The translations under genes were made by a program, and so were the position numbers. A DNA stretch of 64,000 nt. It comes from a virus. This document shows positions 26,929 to 36,363 of this stretch, one piece after another. The notes below the pieces were generated by a model. It saw only the letters and a list, made by a program, of their open reading frames with translations. It made no database searches and was not told the origin of the DNA. Numbering within the stretch: the first letter of the stretch is position 1; each line of letters begins with the position of its first letter. The DNA is taken from IMG/VR virus record IMGVR_UViG_3300027920_000641. One strand, given 5' to 3'.

Positions 26929-27786
26929 ATGGAACCAAACACATCTAGTGCCCAAGCAGCACAGCCTAACACTCAGGTGGCAGAACCAGTAACAGCGCCA
27001 GTACAACCTGTACAAATACAGGCGCCGATTACGGAACCATCGCAGGATGCAGTAGCTGGTCGAACGAGAGAGCAGTTTGACAAACTACTAGAGAGCAACA
27101 GTCGTCTCTATGAGCAGAACGAACTGATGCGAAAGGAAATGCAGGACAGACTCGGTGGTTTACCACAGAGTGCTCCAGCAGCTCCGCAACCTGATCGGTC
27201 AAAGGCTCCAGCGGCTAATACTGATTACGACTTCTATGAAGTTGATCCGACCTCGGGAGAGACATTTATCAACCGAGAAAAGCTCAACAAATATATGAAG
27301 GACATTCAGGAAAAAGCTAACAGAGCCGAAGTAACAGTGCAAAACATTGTTAAGACGACCGAAGAGAGAGAAATTGAGCGACAAAATACCGAAGCATACG
27401 CTGTCTACCCAGAGCTCAAACTGGGAGCAGAAAAGTTCGATGCAAGCTTCTACCGTCAGGTAAGAGGCACGCTGACAGACTCAATGCTAAACGCAGGTGA
27501 ATACGGTGGTCGCCCATTAACCTTTAAAGAGGCTGCTGATTTTGTGAGGGGCATAGCTCCTGGTGCAACTCCAGTAGCAGATCAAGGAACTTCTTCAGCG
27601 AATGAAGGAGCGGCTTTGAAAGAGGCGGGGTCAGCCCAAGTGTCGTCCCAGCATCAACAGCAGATACCACTGCAAGATGCTGATGAGCTCAGAGCTCTAC
27701 AGGTAGCGACGCGATATGGAAGCACTGAAGCCCTAGCTGAACGCATTAAGCACTCTCCGCATATTAAGGCTGGAGAGCAAGCCTAG
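26929..27786 (+). CDS. putative scaffolding protein
   Basis: AAAGGAGG RBS 7 nt before the ATG at 26929; acidic, Ala/Gln/Pro-rich, coiled-coil (REQFDKLLESNSRLYEQNELMRKEMQDRL); position between portal and capsid. Confidence 0.5.
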   Translation: MEPNTSSAQAAQPNTQVAEPVTAPVQPVQIQAPITEPSQDAVAGRTREQFDKLLESNSRLYEQNELMRKEMQDRLGGLPQSAPAAPQPDRSKAPAANTDYDFYEVDPTSGETFINREKLNKYMKDIQEKANRAEVTVQNIVKTTEEREIERQNTEAYAVYPELKLGAEKFDASFYRQVRGTLTDSMLNAGEYGGRPLTFKEAADFVRGIAPGATPVADQGTSSANEGAALKEAGSAQVSSQHQQQIPLQDADELRALQVATRYGSTEALAERIKHSPHIKAGEQA

Positions 27787-27910
27787 TAATGGTTGATACC
27801 ACTTCTACCATTACTGGAAATTAGCAGTGGTAGAAAGGACAAAAAAATATGGCCTGGGGTTGATTAAACGGCCCCATATAATGAAGCCAAATGCTGGAAC
27901 ACCCTAAAGC

Positions 27911-27938
27911 TTGACTTACTTAAATTATGGCGTATAAT
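27911..27938 (+). promoter_or_regulatory. sigma70-type promoter (TTGACT-16-TATAAT) for the LAGLIDADG gene
   Basis: TTGACTtacttaaattatggcgTATAAT; the ATG at 27949 sits at the predicted TSS. Confidence 0.55.
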
Positions 27939-27948
27939 AGTAGCCATA

Positions 27949-28464
27949 ATGAGTGACAATAGTCAAGATATTACAATGGGCAATCAGCAGGAAAGACTGC
28001 TCTTTAAGATTGGATACCTCATAGGTATCATCGATGGAGAAGGATCTTGCCAGTTTGGATATAAATATCTTTATAAAGGATGTAAGGTTTTTACTCCTAA
28101 AATAACTATTTATAATACCAACCCAGCAATCATTCTTCAAACGAAAACATTCTTGGACGAATTGGGTTTTTCTTATTACTGTTACGCCACAAAAATGCAT
28201 GGGAAAGAACAGTGGCTAGGATGGAGAGTAGAATTAATAGGTTTGAAAAGAATCAAAGAATTGACAGATCTATTGCTACCATATCCAAGCGGTAAAAAAG
28301 AAAGATTGCAGGTGCTGAATGATTTTTGCACCTACAGATTGTCTAAGAATAAAGAAAAATATGCAGAAGAGGACCAAAAATATTTTATAAAGTTGCGCGA
28401 TTTGAATCGACTTTATAGGGGAAAAAGAGCAGAATCCTCAGAGACTACACGCTTCACGGTTTAG
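27949..28464 (+). CDS. LAGLIDADG homing endonuclease (single-motif)
   Basis: KIGYLIGIIDGEGSC is a LAGLIDADG motif; 171 aa; alternative start 27976. Confidence 0.75.
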   Translation: MSDNSQDITMGNQQERLLFKIGYLIGIIDGEGSCQFGYKYLYKGCKVFTPKITIYNTNPAIILQTKTFLDELGFSYYCYATKMHGKEQWLGWRVELIGLKRIKELTDLLLPYPSGKKERLQVLNDFCTYRLSKNKEKYAEEDQKYFIKLRDLNRLYRGKRAESSETTRFTV

Positions 28465-28659
28465 CGCCGATGATATAGTCCGAACTCCATCGAAATATGG
28501 AGACTGAACAAGAAATTAGTTCAGAGTATCAAATAACATTGATATATCAACAATTTTGCTTATCACTTATCAGGACGCTGCAAGACGCGAGGATTTACTT
28601 GACGTTATTGGAGATGTTTCACCAGATAAAGTTTAGTCTGGCACTAGGTTTAATTATGA

Positions 28660-28688
28660 TTGACAAGTTAATAGGGCAGTGATACACT
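28660..28688 (+). promoter_or_regulatory. sigma70-type promoter (TTGACA-17-TACACT) for the HNH gene
   Basis: TTGACAagttaatagggcagtgaTACACT; ATG 28695 at the predicted TSS. Confidence 0.5.
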
Positions 28689-28694
28689 ACACAA

Positions 28695-29201
28695 ATGACT
28701 ACTGTCTCAGGTGTATGTGCACAATGCGGAGTTTTTTTTACGGCTTTTAATCGTAAGGAATCTAAGAATTCTTTTTGTAATCAAAAATGTTATTTTGCAT
28801 TCAAAAGATTACACAGACCAGAAGCAAACTGTATTTGTGAATGGTGTCAAGAAAAATTCTATAGAAAACAATCCGCTATCAAGAATGGAGAAGGAAAATT
28901 CTGTTCAAGAAAATGCAAACATACAGCACAAAGAGAAGGTATAATTATTAGGGGAGAGTCATACAACGATAGACACTTGATTAGGCAATCATCAGCTTAT
29001 AAGAGCTGGAGAGCAGCAGCTAAGAAACTTAAAGGTAATCGTTGTGAAAAGTGCGGTGCAGAGGAAGGTAAAAAGTGTGATTGTTGCGGATATATAATTT
29101 ATCTGCATGTTCATCACATTAAACCATTCTCAACATACCCAGAACTTAGATTCGATCCATCTAATGCTTCTGTATTGTGTCCTAAATGTCATCATAATTG
29201 A
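28695..29201 (+). CDS. HNH homing endonuclease
   Basis: Zinc ribbons (FCNQKC, GKFCSRKC) followed by the HVHHIKPFSTYPELRFDPSNASVLCPKCHH HNH motif. Confidence 0.8.
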   Translation: MTTVSGVCAQCGVFFTAFNRKESKNSFCNQKCYFAFKRLHRPEANCICEWCQEKFYRKQSAIKNGEGKFCSRKCKHTAQREGIIIRGESYNDRHLIRQSSAYKSWRAAAKKLKGNRCEKCGAEEGKKCDCCGYIIYLHVHHIKPFSTYPELRFDPSNASVLCPKCHHN

Positions 29202-29416
29202 GCGGGTGAAAAATAATTAGAGGTGAATTGCTGGAAAGTCCAGAAAGGATAATCAGCAGCCAAGCCAAGGAATTGCGAAAGGTTCTTGGAAGGTTCGACG
29301 GTCAGGACTGAGGAAACAATAATGTCCACAAGTGCCTCTCCCGAAAGGGAAGATATGACCTGAACTATACGGTTGAACGCATAGAAGCAAGAAATAGAAA
29401 ACTTGCGATAACACAA

Positions 29417-30247
29417 TTGGAAACACCTTTGATGACTCTCTTTGGTACATCAACAGTAGCAAACACTCTACACGAGTGGTTGAAACTAAACGTTAGTCGC
29501 CCAGTATCTGTTACGGCAGATATTGAAGGAGCTGACACTACTTTTGGTGACTTGACACAACCTTCAAGAGAAAGTAACGTAACTCACATCATCAAGCAAG
29601 CAGTTCAAGTTTCACGCACAGAACGACGTGTTAATGTCGCAGCTATGGGTGATCCTTATGCTTTCCAAAAAGCAGAGGCTCTTCGAGAGCTTAAAATGAA
29701 GATGGAATATGCCCTTCTTAACTCTACTAAAGCATCTGGTTCATCTGGTGTTGCTCGTTACATGACGGGTATTGATGCCTTCATCACTTCTATCGTAACA
29801 GCTCGTAACTCTGGTACTTCGTACTCAGAAACCGAACTTAACGATATGTCTGCTGATGGGTATCTCGCTGTGAGATCTGACAAAGTGTTCGACATGTTGC
29901 TATGTACTGTCAAAATCAAGCAAGCAATTGCTGGTTTCGGTGGTAACTCAACACGTTACATCGACGCATCTGAACGACGTTTAACCAAGGATATCTTGGT
30001 TTACGATTCAGCCGTTGGTTCACACAAAATCATGCATCACAGAGATGTTAGAAACACTGCTGGGTCTGTAACCGTTTATGGTCTTCGCGAGGAGATGCAT
30101 AAAGTTGCTTATCTCGACAAACCTATGTTTGAAGAGTTAGCAAAAGTTGGAGACGCAGATCGTGGACATTGGGTAACTGAGTTCACGGCAGAAGTGCTTG
30201 AGGAAAAAGCTGACATGAAGCGTACTGGTTATAATCAAAACGGATAA
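29417..30247 (+). CDS. putative major capsid protein
   Basis: First large ORF after scaffold; 276 aa; positional inference only, no motif confirmation. Confidence 0.45.
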   Translation: METPLMTLFGTSTVANTLHEWLKLNVSRPVSVTADIEGADTTFGDLTQPSRESNVTHIIKQAVQVSRTERRVNVAAMGDPYAFQKAEALRELKMKMEYALLNSTKASGSSGVARYMTGIDAFITSIVTARNSGTSYSETELNDMSADGYLAVRSDKVFDMLLCTVKIKQAIAGFGGNSTRYIDASERRLTKDILVYDSAVGSHKIMHHRDVRNTAGSVTVYGLREEMHKVAYLDKPMFEELAKVGDADRGHWVTEFTAEVLEEKADMKRTGYNQNG

Positions 30248-30425
30248 GTTTTTTGATTAGTAACTATAGTCCAACGACAGATTAAAACGGAGGGTATCTA
30301 TCACGCTCCTAGTCGTTGAAAAGATAGACATTAAGTATTTCTCCTGACAAGGTTTGAATACTTAAATCAATATAAACTGGGGCCTCTGTGTTTTGCAAAC
30401 CTCACGGGGGCTCCAGTAGATACAT

Positions 30426-30812
30426 ATGCAACCAATTGTTATTAACGAAAACGGTAAAATAAGAGAAGTCGAGAAAGTAGAACTCGCTGAAAAGATTGTG
30501 GAGATGCGCGGCAAGAAAGACCCGTGGGAAGTTATAGATAAACTTTTGGGGGTCTGGGCCACAACTACTCCAGATGAAGTCGAGGCAGTTCTGATCAATG
30601 TGGACCAGTACAGAGAGTCACAGCATGATCAAGAATTTGGCCAGACGGATAATGGGAAAGATTTTGAAAGAAGATTCAAACTGGCTTTTCCTAGAAATTT
30701 AATGTTAATGATTCGTACTCAGTATAAGGCAGATGAGCTGCCAATGGACCAGAAGTTTTTTGAAGAATTTGGGAAGAGGTACCCGATATTCAAAGTTAGC
30801 CAGAAAGATTAA
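30426..30812 (+). CDS. hypothetical protein
   Basis: ORF track 128 aa. Confidence 0.5.
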   Translation: MQPIVINENGKIREVEKVELAEKIVEMRGKKDPWEVIDKLLGVWATTTPDEVEAVLINVDQYRESQHDQEFGQTDNGKDFERRFKLAFPRNLMLMIRTQYKADELPMDQKFFEEFGKRYPIFKVSQKD

Positions 30813-30814
30813 TT

Positions 30815-31126
30815 ATGCCAGCAACAAGAATCAACGAGATCGAGCGAGCCTACTTCATTCGAAAGCTTGGTGGGACTAATCTTCCCAGCAAACCATTTAA
30901 CCAGATAAAAAGAGAATATATAGCTGCTTTTGTAGGTGGAGCCAGTGGGAAAATTAGTATGAGTGAGCTTGAGACCCTCTGGCTAAGAAAGATTGCTGCA
31001 GACTTTGGTTATACTCCAGAAGAAAGCACTCCTGGTTTATGGAAGCAGGCAGTTATGAGCATAGCTCAAGTTCCATCTAGGTTTGTCGAAGAGAACAGAA
31101 TGATATTTTTTATTAACGCTAGTTGA
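30815..31126 (+). CDS. hypothetical protein
   Basis: ORF track 103 aa. Confidence 0.5.
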   Translation: MPATRINEIERAYFIRKLGGTNLPSKPFNQIKREYIAAFVGGASGKISMSELETLWLRKIAADFGYTPEESTPGLWKQAVMSIAQVPSRFVEENRMIFFINAS

Positions 31127-31173
31127 CAAAACAATGGTTAGTGACATAGCGTATGCATTAACAAGGAGTTTAT

Positions 31174-31350
31174 ATGAGAACATCTGCACCGAAATCAACA
31201 ACATCTGGAAGCAAGTCGGCTGCCCCTTTTGGCAAAGACGCAATGCCTACTAATGCTGCCAAACTAGGTACATTAGGTACTATGTTAAAGGCCATTAGAC
31301 ACATTGGGCGTCCAGAAAAAAGTGCGACGAAACCACCGTTCGCAAAGTAA
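31174..31350 (+). CDS. small basic Lys/Ala-rich protein (58 aa)
   Basis: AAGGAG RBS 5 nt before the ATG; self-translated MRTSAPKSTTSGSKSAAPFGKDAMPTNAAKLGTLGTMLKAIRHIGRPEKSATKPPFAK; the minus-strand ORFs overlapping it are probably shadows. Confidence 0.4.
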   Translation: MRTSAPKSTTSGSKSAAPFGKDAMPTNAAKLGTLGTMLKAIRHIGRPEKSATKPPFAK

Positions 31351-31415
31351 AAATAAGCGCTTATTACTATAGAGTGGAGTGTTATGAAGCAGCTTTTGCG
31401 CACTAACACCGACTT

Positions 31416-33890
31416 ATGAAAGATAGCTTGTCGAAAATACACCTCAACATGATCGTCGGTGACTTCGAGTCACCAGAAACTCTTGATAGATCCATAAACT
31501 CAGTGAAAAAGTACGTAGACGATATCTACGTTACTGTCACTTACTCAGACAAAATCCCTACTAAAAAGTCCAAATTAATTATTCTGCTCAAGAAGCATAA
31601 GGCTCATATATCATATTTCAAATGGGTATACGATTTTTCTGCTGCTCGGCAGTTTGCTCTAGATCAAGTTCCTGTTGCTCCAGACAGCTTAGTTTACTGG
31701 CAAGACACAGATGACGTCCTAGCCAATGGTGAGTCTTTAAGAAGCATTGCCGATGAAATGGTTGAGCGCCAAGTTTCTGCCACATACTTTGACTACTGGT
31801 ACCAGGTTGAGCTCGATGAAAAAGGAGAAGTTGCTGAGATTTTAGTTAAGCATAGAAGAGAGCGCATTATTCGTCACGATAATACTTGGAAATGGGTGGG
31901 CGCTCTTCACGAGACCCTAATAGAGCAGAAGCAAGAGAATCTTATCAGGGAATTCAGGCCAGAGTGTTATGTGGTTCATCTACCAGCAAATACTCATGCC
32001 GATGTTAATATTGAGAGAAACATTGAAATATTAGAAGAGACCGCGAAAAAACAAGAGGGCAAGGATCCAAGAACTCTTATTTATCTGGCTAAGGCATACT
32101 TTGACAAAGCCAAGATGTCTGTAGGCGATGATAGGAAGATCTATTCGAATCTAGCCCTAACACTTTTCCATGACTATTTAGAGGGAAGCGGTAAGCCTGG
32201 AACAGAAGATTATCGACCTGCCTCTGGTTGGAAAGAGGAGCGATCTAGTGCCTATTCCTATGTTGCGGAAATAGCGCTGTTGTCTCAGTCTCCAGAGATT
32301 GCTATTCAGGCGTATCTTTCTGCTATCACGGAAGCTCCAGAGTTTCCAAACTACTATGTTGATCTAGCAATGGCTTACCTAGCTACTAATGACTATAAGA
32401 AAGCAAAACACTGGCTTAGGGTTTCAACCGCTGTTCCTCAGCCATCGACAACTATGATCACATTCCCAAGAGAGTTGAAGACTAGGGCTCTCGAGGTTTC
32501 TTTCCAGATTAACCTACATGAAGGAAAATTTGATGAAGCGGTACAAGACTGCGAAATGCTTGCTAAGATACTTCCTAAAGATGAGGTTATAAAAGATAGG
32601 CTCAAGACAGTGATTGCCCTTGGAAACCTAAACAAGGCTTGCCAGTCTGCTGTCTTTCTTGGAAAATATCTAGAGTCAGTCGGAGAACCAGAGAAAGTTC
32701 CTCATCTGATCAAGTCGTTCTCTAAAGATATGGAAAAAGAGAAGTTTGCCTCAGAGATGAGACATCGCTTCAATCCAGTTAGAAGATGGGAAGAAGATGA
32801 ACTAGCTATTCTTTGTGGCCCTGGCTATGAGGAGTGGACTCCAGATTCAATAAAAACTGGTCTTGGTGGTAGCGAGGAGGCAGTTGTTTATCTCTCCAAT
32901 GAGTTGAAGAAGCTCGGTTGGAAAGTGACTGTCTATGCTAACCCAGGTGGTAAGGCTGGAGATTTCGATGGCGTCAAATATGAACCATGGTATAACCTTA
33001 ATCCTCTGGATTCCTTCAATGCATTAGTCTTGTGGAGAGCTATTGGGTTTGTAGACGTTAACCCAAGAGCAAAGTTCACTATGCTATGGCTCCACGATGT
33101 TCCAAACAATCCAGATTTTACTCAAGAAAGAGTCGACAAGGTTGACAAAATAGCTGTATTATCAGAGTACCACCGATCGCTACTTCGCGTGTATAAGGAT
33201 GGAGAGTATATCCCTATGCCTGATGATAAAGTTTTCTTGACAGGTAATGGAATTCCCGAACTTGGACTAGAAACCTGGCATGGCAACCCTAAGAAAATTA
33301 TCTATGCCTCATCTATTGACAGGGGCCTAGTTTATTTGCTGAACAATTGGAAGAGGGTCATTGCAGAAGTTCCAGAGGCAGAGTTACATGTCTACTATGG
33401 TTTCGAGATTTTTGATATTATGCACCGAGACAACCCAGAGAGAATGAGGTGGAAAGAGCAAGTTCTTGGGCTAATGAACCAGCCTGGTATTATCTACCAC
33501 GGTAGAGTTGGACACGAGGAGCTGAATAAGGCATATAATAGTAGCGGTGTATGGGCGTACTCTACCGACTTTACGGAGATCAGCTGTATTTCCGCGATGA
33601 AAGCTCAGGCGCTGGGTGCTATCCCAGTAACAATGACTTTGGCTGCTCTCGATGAGACAGTTAAGAATGGTGTCAAAATTGATGCAGATATCACTTTGCC
33701 AGAGGTACAGGCGGAATATGCTGATGCTCTGATCAAGGTTTTGAAAGATGAAAAATATCAAGAAAGAATTAGAAAAAACATGATGGTCTGGGCTCGCAAA
33801 CAGTTTGCTTGGAGTAATGTTGCTGCAATTTGGGATGAGACTATGCGCGTCTGGGTTCAGAATCCAAATAAACATTGGGAGTTTAAGTAA
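31416..33890 (+). CDS. multidomain glycosyltransferase: N-terminal GT-A (GT2-like, DxD) + central TPR repeats + C-terminal GT-B (GT4-like)
   Basis: N-terminus YVTVTYSDK...WQDTDD; TPR-like LIYLAKAYFDKAKM / YVDLAMAYLATNDYKKAKHWL; C-terminus GHEELNKAYNSSGVWAYSTDFTEISCISAMKAQALGAIPV, a GT-B EX7E-type motif. Confidence 0.65.
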   Translation: MKDSLSKIHLNMIVGDFESPETLDRSINSVKKYVDDIYVTVTYSDKIPTKKSKLIILLKKHKAHISYFKWVYDFSAARQFALDQVPVAPDSLVYWQDTDDVLANGESLRSIADEMVERQVSATYFDYWYQVELDEKGEVAEILVKHRRERIIRHDNTWKWVGALHETLIEQKQENLIREFRPECYVVHLPANTHADVNIERNIEILEETAKKQEGKDPRTLIYLAKAYFDKAKMSVGDDRKIYSNLALTLFHDYLEGSGKPGTEDYRPASGWKEERSSAYSYVAEIALLSQSPEIAIQAYLSAITEAPEFPNYYVDLAMAYLATNDYKKAKHWLRVSTAVPQPSTTMITFPRELKTRALEVSFQINLHEGKFDEAVQDCEMLAKILPKDEVIKDRLKTVIALGNLNKACQSAVFLGKYLESVGEPEKVPHLIKSFSKDMEKEKFASEMRHRFNPVRRWEEDELAILCGPGYEEWTPDSIKTGLGGSEEAVVYLSNELKKLGWKVTVYANPGGKAGDFDGVKYEPWYNLNPLDSFNALVLWRAIGFVDVNPRAKFTMLWLHDVPNNPDFTQERVDKVDKIAVLSEYHRSLLRVYKDGEYIPMPDDKVFLTGNGIPELGLETWHGNPKKIIYASSIDRGLVYLLNNWKRVIAEVPEAELHVYYGFEIFDIMHRDNPERMRWKEQVLGLMNQPGIIYHGRVGHEELNKAYNSSGVWAYSTDFTEISCISAMKAQALGAIPVTMTLAALDETVKNGVKIDADITLPEVQAEYADALIKVLKDEKYQERIRKNMMVWARKQFAWSNVAAIWDETMRVWVQNPNKHWEFK

Positions 33891-33901
33891 AAGGAGGTTA
33901 T

Positions 33902-34102
33902 ATGCAATTTAATGAACCAAAATCTACAACGGGGGAATGTCCTGTTTGTCATAAGCCAGTGATTAGAAGAACAACTAGGGGTGGAGTAAACTTCTGCTCT
34001 AGGGTGTGTGCTAGTGCCCCAAAGTATGCACAGCGCTACCGCGGAAGCTCGTCTGGTCCACTGGATAGACCAACAATGGTATCAAAAACTAAATTAGTAT
34101 AA
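33902..34102 (+). CDS. zinc-ribbon protein
   Basis: CPVCHK...FCSRVC; AAGGAGG RBS. Confidence 0.5.
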   Translation: MQFNEPKSTTGECPVCHKPVIRRTTRGGVNFCSRVCASAPKYAQRYRGSSSGPLDRPTMVSKTKLV

Positions 34103-34114
34103 AGAAAGGACTGT

Positions 34115-34333
34115 ATGCCCGATAATAACCCAGTAACAGTAAGCGAGGAGATTGCAGACTTATTAAATCTATCTCTAGCTCTAGCTAACGCCGTAGAGTA
34201 TCGCTTCATGGCTCCAGATCATGGGGCGATCATATGGAAGAAGTTTTTACGCTCTTCCTCTATTGACGTACAAAAAGTAGAAGTCGTAAAAGAAGATAAG
34301 AAAGCCTTGAAAGGAGGAGTCTATGTTAGTTAA
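34115..34333 (+). CDS. hypothetical protein
   Basis: ORF track 72 aa. Confidence 0.45.
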   Translation: MPDNNPVTVSEEIADLLNLSLALANAVEYRFMAPDHGAIIWKKFLRSSSIDVQKVEVVKEDKKALKGGVYVS

Positions 34334-34817
34334 AAAAGTTAACCCAGATTGGATGCCGTCTGAGAATCCAGGTATCAAAGTTGGAGAGACCATTGAAATT
34401 ACCAATCCGAGACAACTTGTACTAGATGGTACTGTAGTTGCCGTTGGTGAACATGGTGAGGAGCAAAGTCCATATGAGTTGTATGGTGTGTTAGTAGATG
34501 CCGAACTTGAAGAGTTTAAAGAATTCGCTAAGATGAAGCAAGCAAACGCTTTAAAGAAGAGGTTGGAATCAGAACAAGAGGATTTGCAAAAACTCTCCGC
34601 TGAGTTAGATAAAAAAGAAGCTATGGTTACTCCAGCTGCGCCTGCCCCTGCGCCAGTAGCTGCCCCAGCTACGGTAGAACCAGTCGCTCCAGCTACTAGT
34701 GAGCCAGTTAGATATACCGATGCTACAGCATGGTCAGAGCTTGTAAAAGCTGGTAATGCCCGTGGTATATATAAAGTCGGTATGAACAAAAAAGAGCTTG
34801 TTGCTGCTCTAAACTAG
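34323..34817 (+). CDS. hypothetical protein with Ala/Pro linker
   Basis: ORF track 164 aa; AAGGAGGAGTCT-ATG; the opposite-strand 180-aa ORF is a low-complexity shadow. Confidence 0.5.
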   Translation: MLVKKVNPDWMPSENPGIKVGETIEITNPRQLVLDGTVVAVGEHGEEQSPYELYGVLVDAELEEFKEFAKMKQANALKKRLESEQEDLQKLSAELDKKEAMVTPAAPAPAPVAAPATVEPVAPATSEPVRYTDATAWSELVKAGNARGIYKVGMNKKELVAALN

Positions 34818-34830
34818 AAAGGAGGGGACT

Positions 34831-35712
34831 ATGGCGATAAAGAATCGTCAAACGATCCTTTTTATCTATGACATGGAACCAGAAATGGTTCCGCTATGGA
34901 AAGACGGCTTGTGGGCCGCTCTTCAGATTCTCAGGAAAGATTTCAGCGTAGTAATGGTGAATCTGCAAGAAAAACCTGGTTTTGATTCCCTGGCCACCAC
35001 AAATGGTTCGAAGATATTTGCGCTTGCCTGGGGGGCATTTGGTAGTAGACCAGAACAGTTCTTGTTTGGTCGCCCGAATCAGTTCTATGCAGCTCGCGGT
35101 TTGTGTCTAGCTGGTTATTCTCTTCCATCGCTTGGGTTAACTAATAACTACGATGTCGTATTCTACGAAAACAACTGGGCGCTGGAGTGGTTGAAATCTC
35201 CCCAAGTAAGTCGGGTGTTTAAAAACGAGCCAGCCTTGGTTCATGCCTTTGGAGTTAATACCAATATTTTTAAACCAGACGATGCTTTAAAATACGGAGC
35301 TAATGCACCAGTTTTAGATTATCTCTCAGTTGGTAGCTTTTCATACTGGAAACGTCATCAGAACTTAATTCAGAAAAAAGGAGTTAGACTGGCTGTTGGA
35401 CAAGTTCAGAAAAACAACCTTGTTGAATCGGTAGATATAATGGGTCAGCTTATGTTGAACGGTGTGGGTGTGATGGATTCCATTGAACCGTGCAAGCTGC
35501 AAGCACTTTACAATTTGGCTAACGTTGTTTATATTGGTGCTGAACTAATGGGCGGTGGTGAGAGAGCAGTTTTAGAAGCTAGGGCTTGTGGCAGAAACGT
35601 AGAGATAGAAAAAGACAACCTAAAATTAGCAGAATTGCTTCATTCTCCCATTTGGGATGAGGAATATTATGCGTATAGTCTTCGAGAGGCTATAACAAGT
35701 GCCATTTTGTAA
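34831..35712 (+). CDS. glycosyltransferase-like protein (GT-B C-terminal-like)
   Basis: AAAGGAGGGGACT-ATG; NLANVVYIGAELMGGGERAVLEARACGRNVEI resembles the GT-B donor-binding motif. Confidence 0.4.
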   Translation: MAIKNRQTILFIYDMEPEMVPLWKDGLWAALQILRKDFSVVMVNLQEKPGFDSLATTNGSKIFALAWGAFGSRPEQFLFGRPNQFYAARGLCLAGYSLPSLGLTNNYDVVFYENNWALEWLKSPQVSRVFKNEPALVHAFGVNTNIFKPDDALKYGANAPVLDYLSVGSFSYWKRHQNLIQKKGVRLAVGQVQKNNLVESVDIMGQLMLNGVGVMDSIEPCKLQALYNLANVVYIGAELMGGGERAVLEARACGRNVEIEKDNLKLAELLHSPIWDEEYYAYSLREAITSAIL

Positions 35713-35769
35713 TAAAAAGCCGTTTTTGAGCCTTACACGGGCTCGTCTCGAGTAAAAAAGTATGAAAAT

Positions 35770-36363
35770 ATGTTATCTATAGTCATTCCGACCTATACAT
35801 TGAATAAAGAGCTAGAGGAACTAGCAATAAGATGCCTTCTCAGTTACAAAGACTATGCCGACGAAGTGATTGTAACGGAAGATGGCGGAATGTTTTCTCC
35901 AATGTTAATGGAAATGTCCGATCATTATATTTATAACAAAAAGAATGTCGGGTTTACACGAAACGTGAACACTGGTTGGAGATTTTCTAGTGGCGACTAT
36001 ACTGCCATCATTAACTCCGACACAGAGTTAACTAGTGGCAATTTGGCTGATTTGTGTATTCCTGGAAAAGTAACGAGCCCACATATTTCTAACCAATATA
36101 TTGATAGACTAGCTGGACCGTTTTTTGTAGTTCCTGAAACGGTGAAAGAAGAGCGTGGTCTTTTGATCGAAGATATGAAAACCTATTCATCAGATTCTGA
36201 GTTTGACGCGAGGGTAGCTGACATCTTTATGAAGGTTCCTTCTGTAGTTATTTACCACGAGCAGGCACAAACAGTAAAAGCGGCTGGGGTTGAGGGTGGT
36301 GCAGAACAAGCTAGGGATAGGGAAATTTATGCTCAGCTCATAAGGGACGGAAAGGCAAAATGA
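35770..36363 (+). CDS. family-2 glycosyltransferase
   Basis: MLSIVIPTYT N-terminus, VTEDGG, NVGFTRNVNTGW, as in the GT-A fold. Confidence 0.65.
   Translation: MLSIVIPTYTLNKELEELAIRCLLSYKDYADEVIVTEDGGMFSPMLMEMSDHYIYNKKNVGFTRNVNTGWRFSSGDYTAIINSDTELTSGNLADLCIPGKVTSPHISNQYIDRLAGPFFVVPETVKEERGLLIEDMKTYSSDSEFDARVADIFMKVPSVVIYHEQAQTVKAAGVEGGAEQARDREIYAQLIRDGKAK

Noticed and set aside
29203-29416. Possibility of a tRNA or other small RNA gene in the HNH-to-capsid gap (ggttcga-like motifs)
   Set aside because: No cloverleaf with an acceptor stem or T-loop could be drawn by eye. The elements fit an intron-core-like structure better, so this was reported as a finding instead.
34247-34789. 180-aa minus-strand ORF rich in Ala/Gly/Thr/Ser
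   Set aside because: It overlaps the plus-strand 34323-34817 gene, which has an AAGGAGG RBS. It is the antisense of its Ala/Pro linker.
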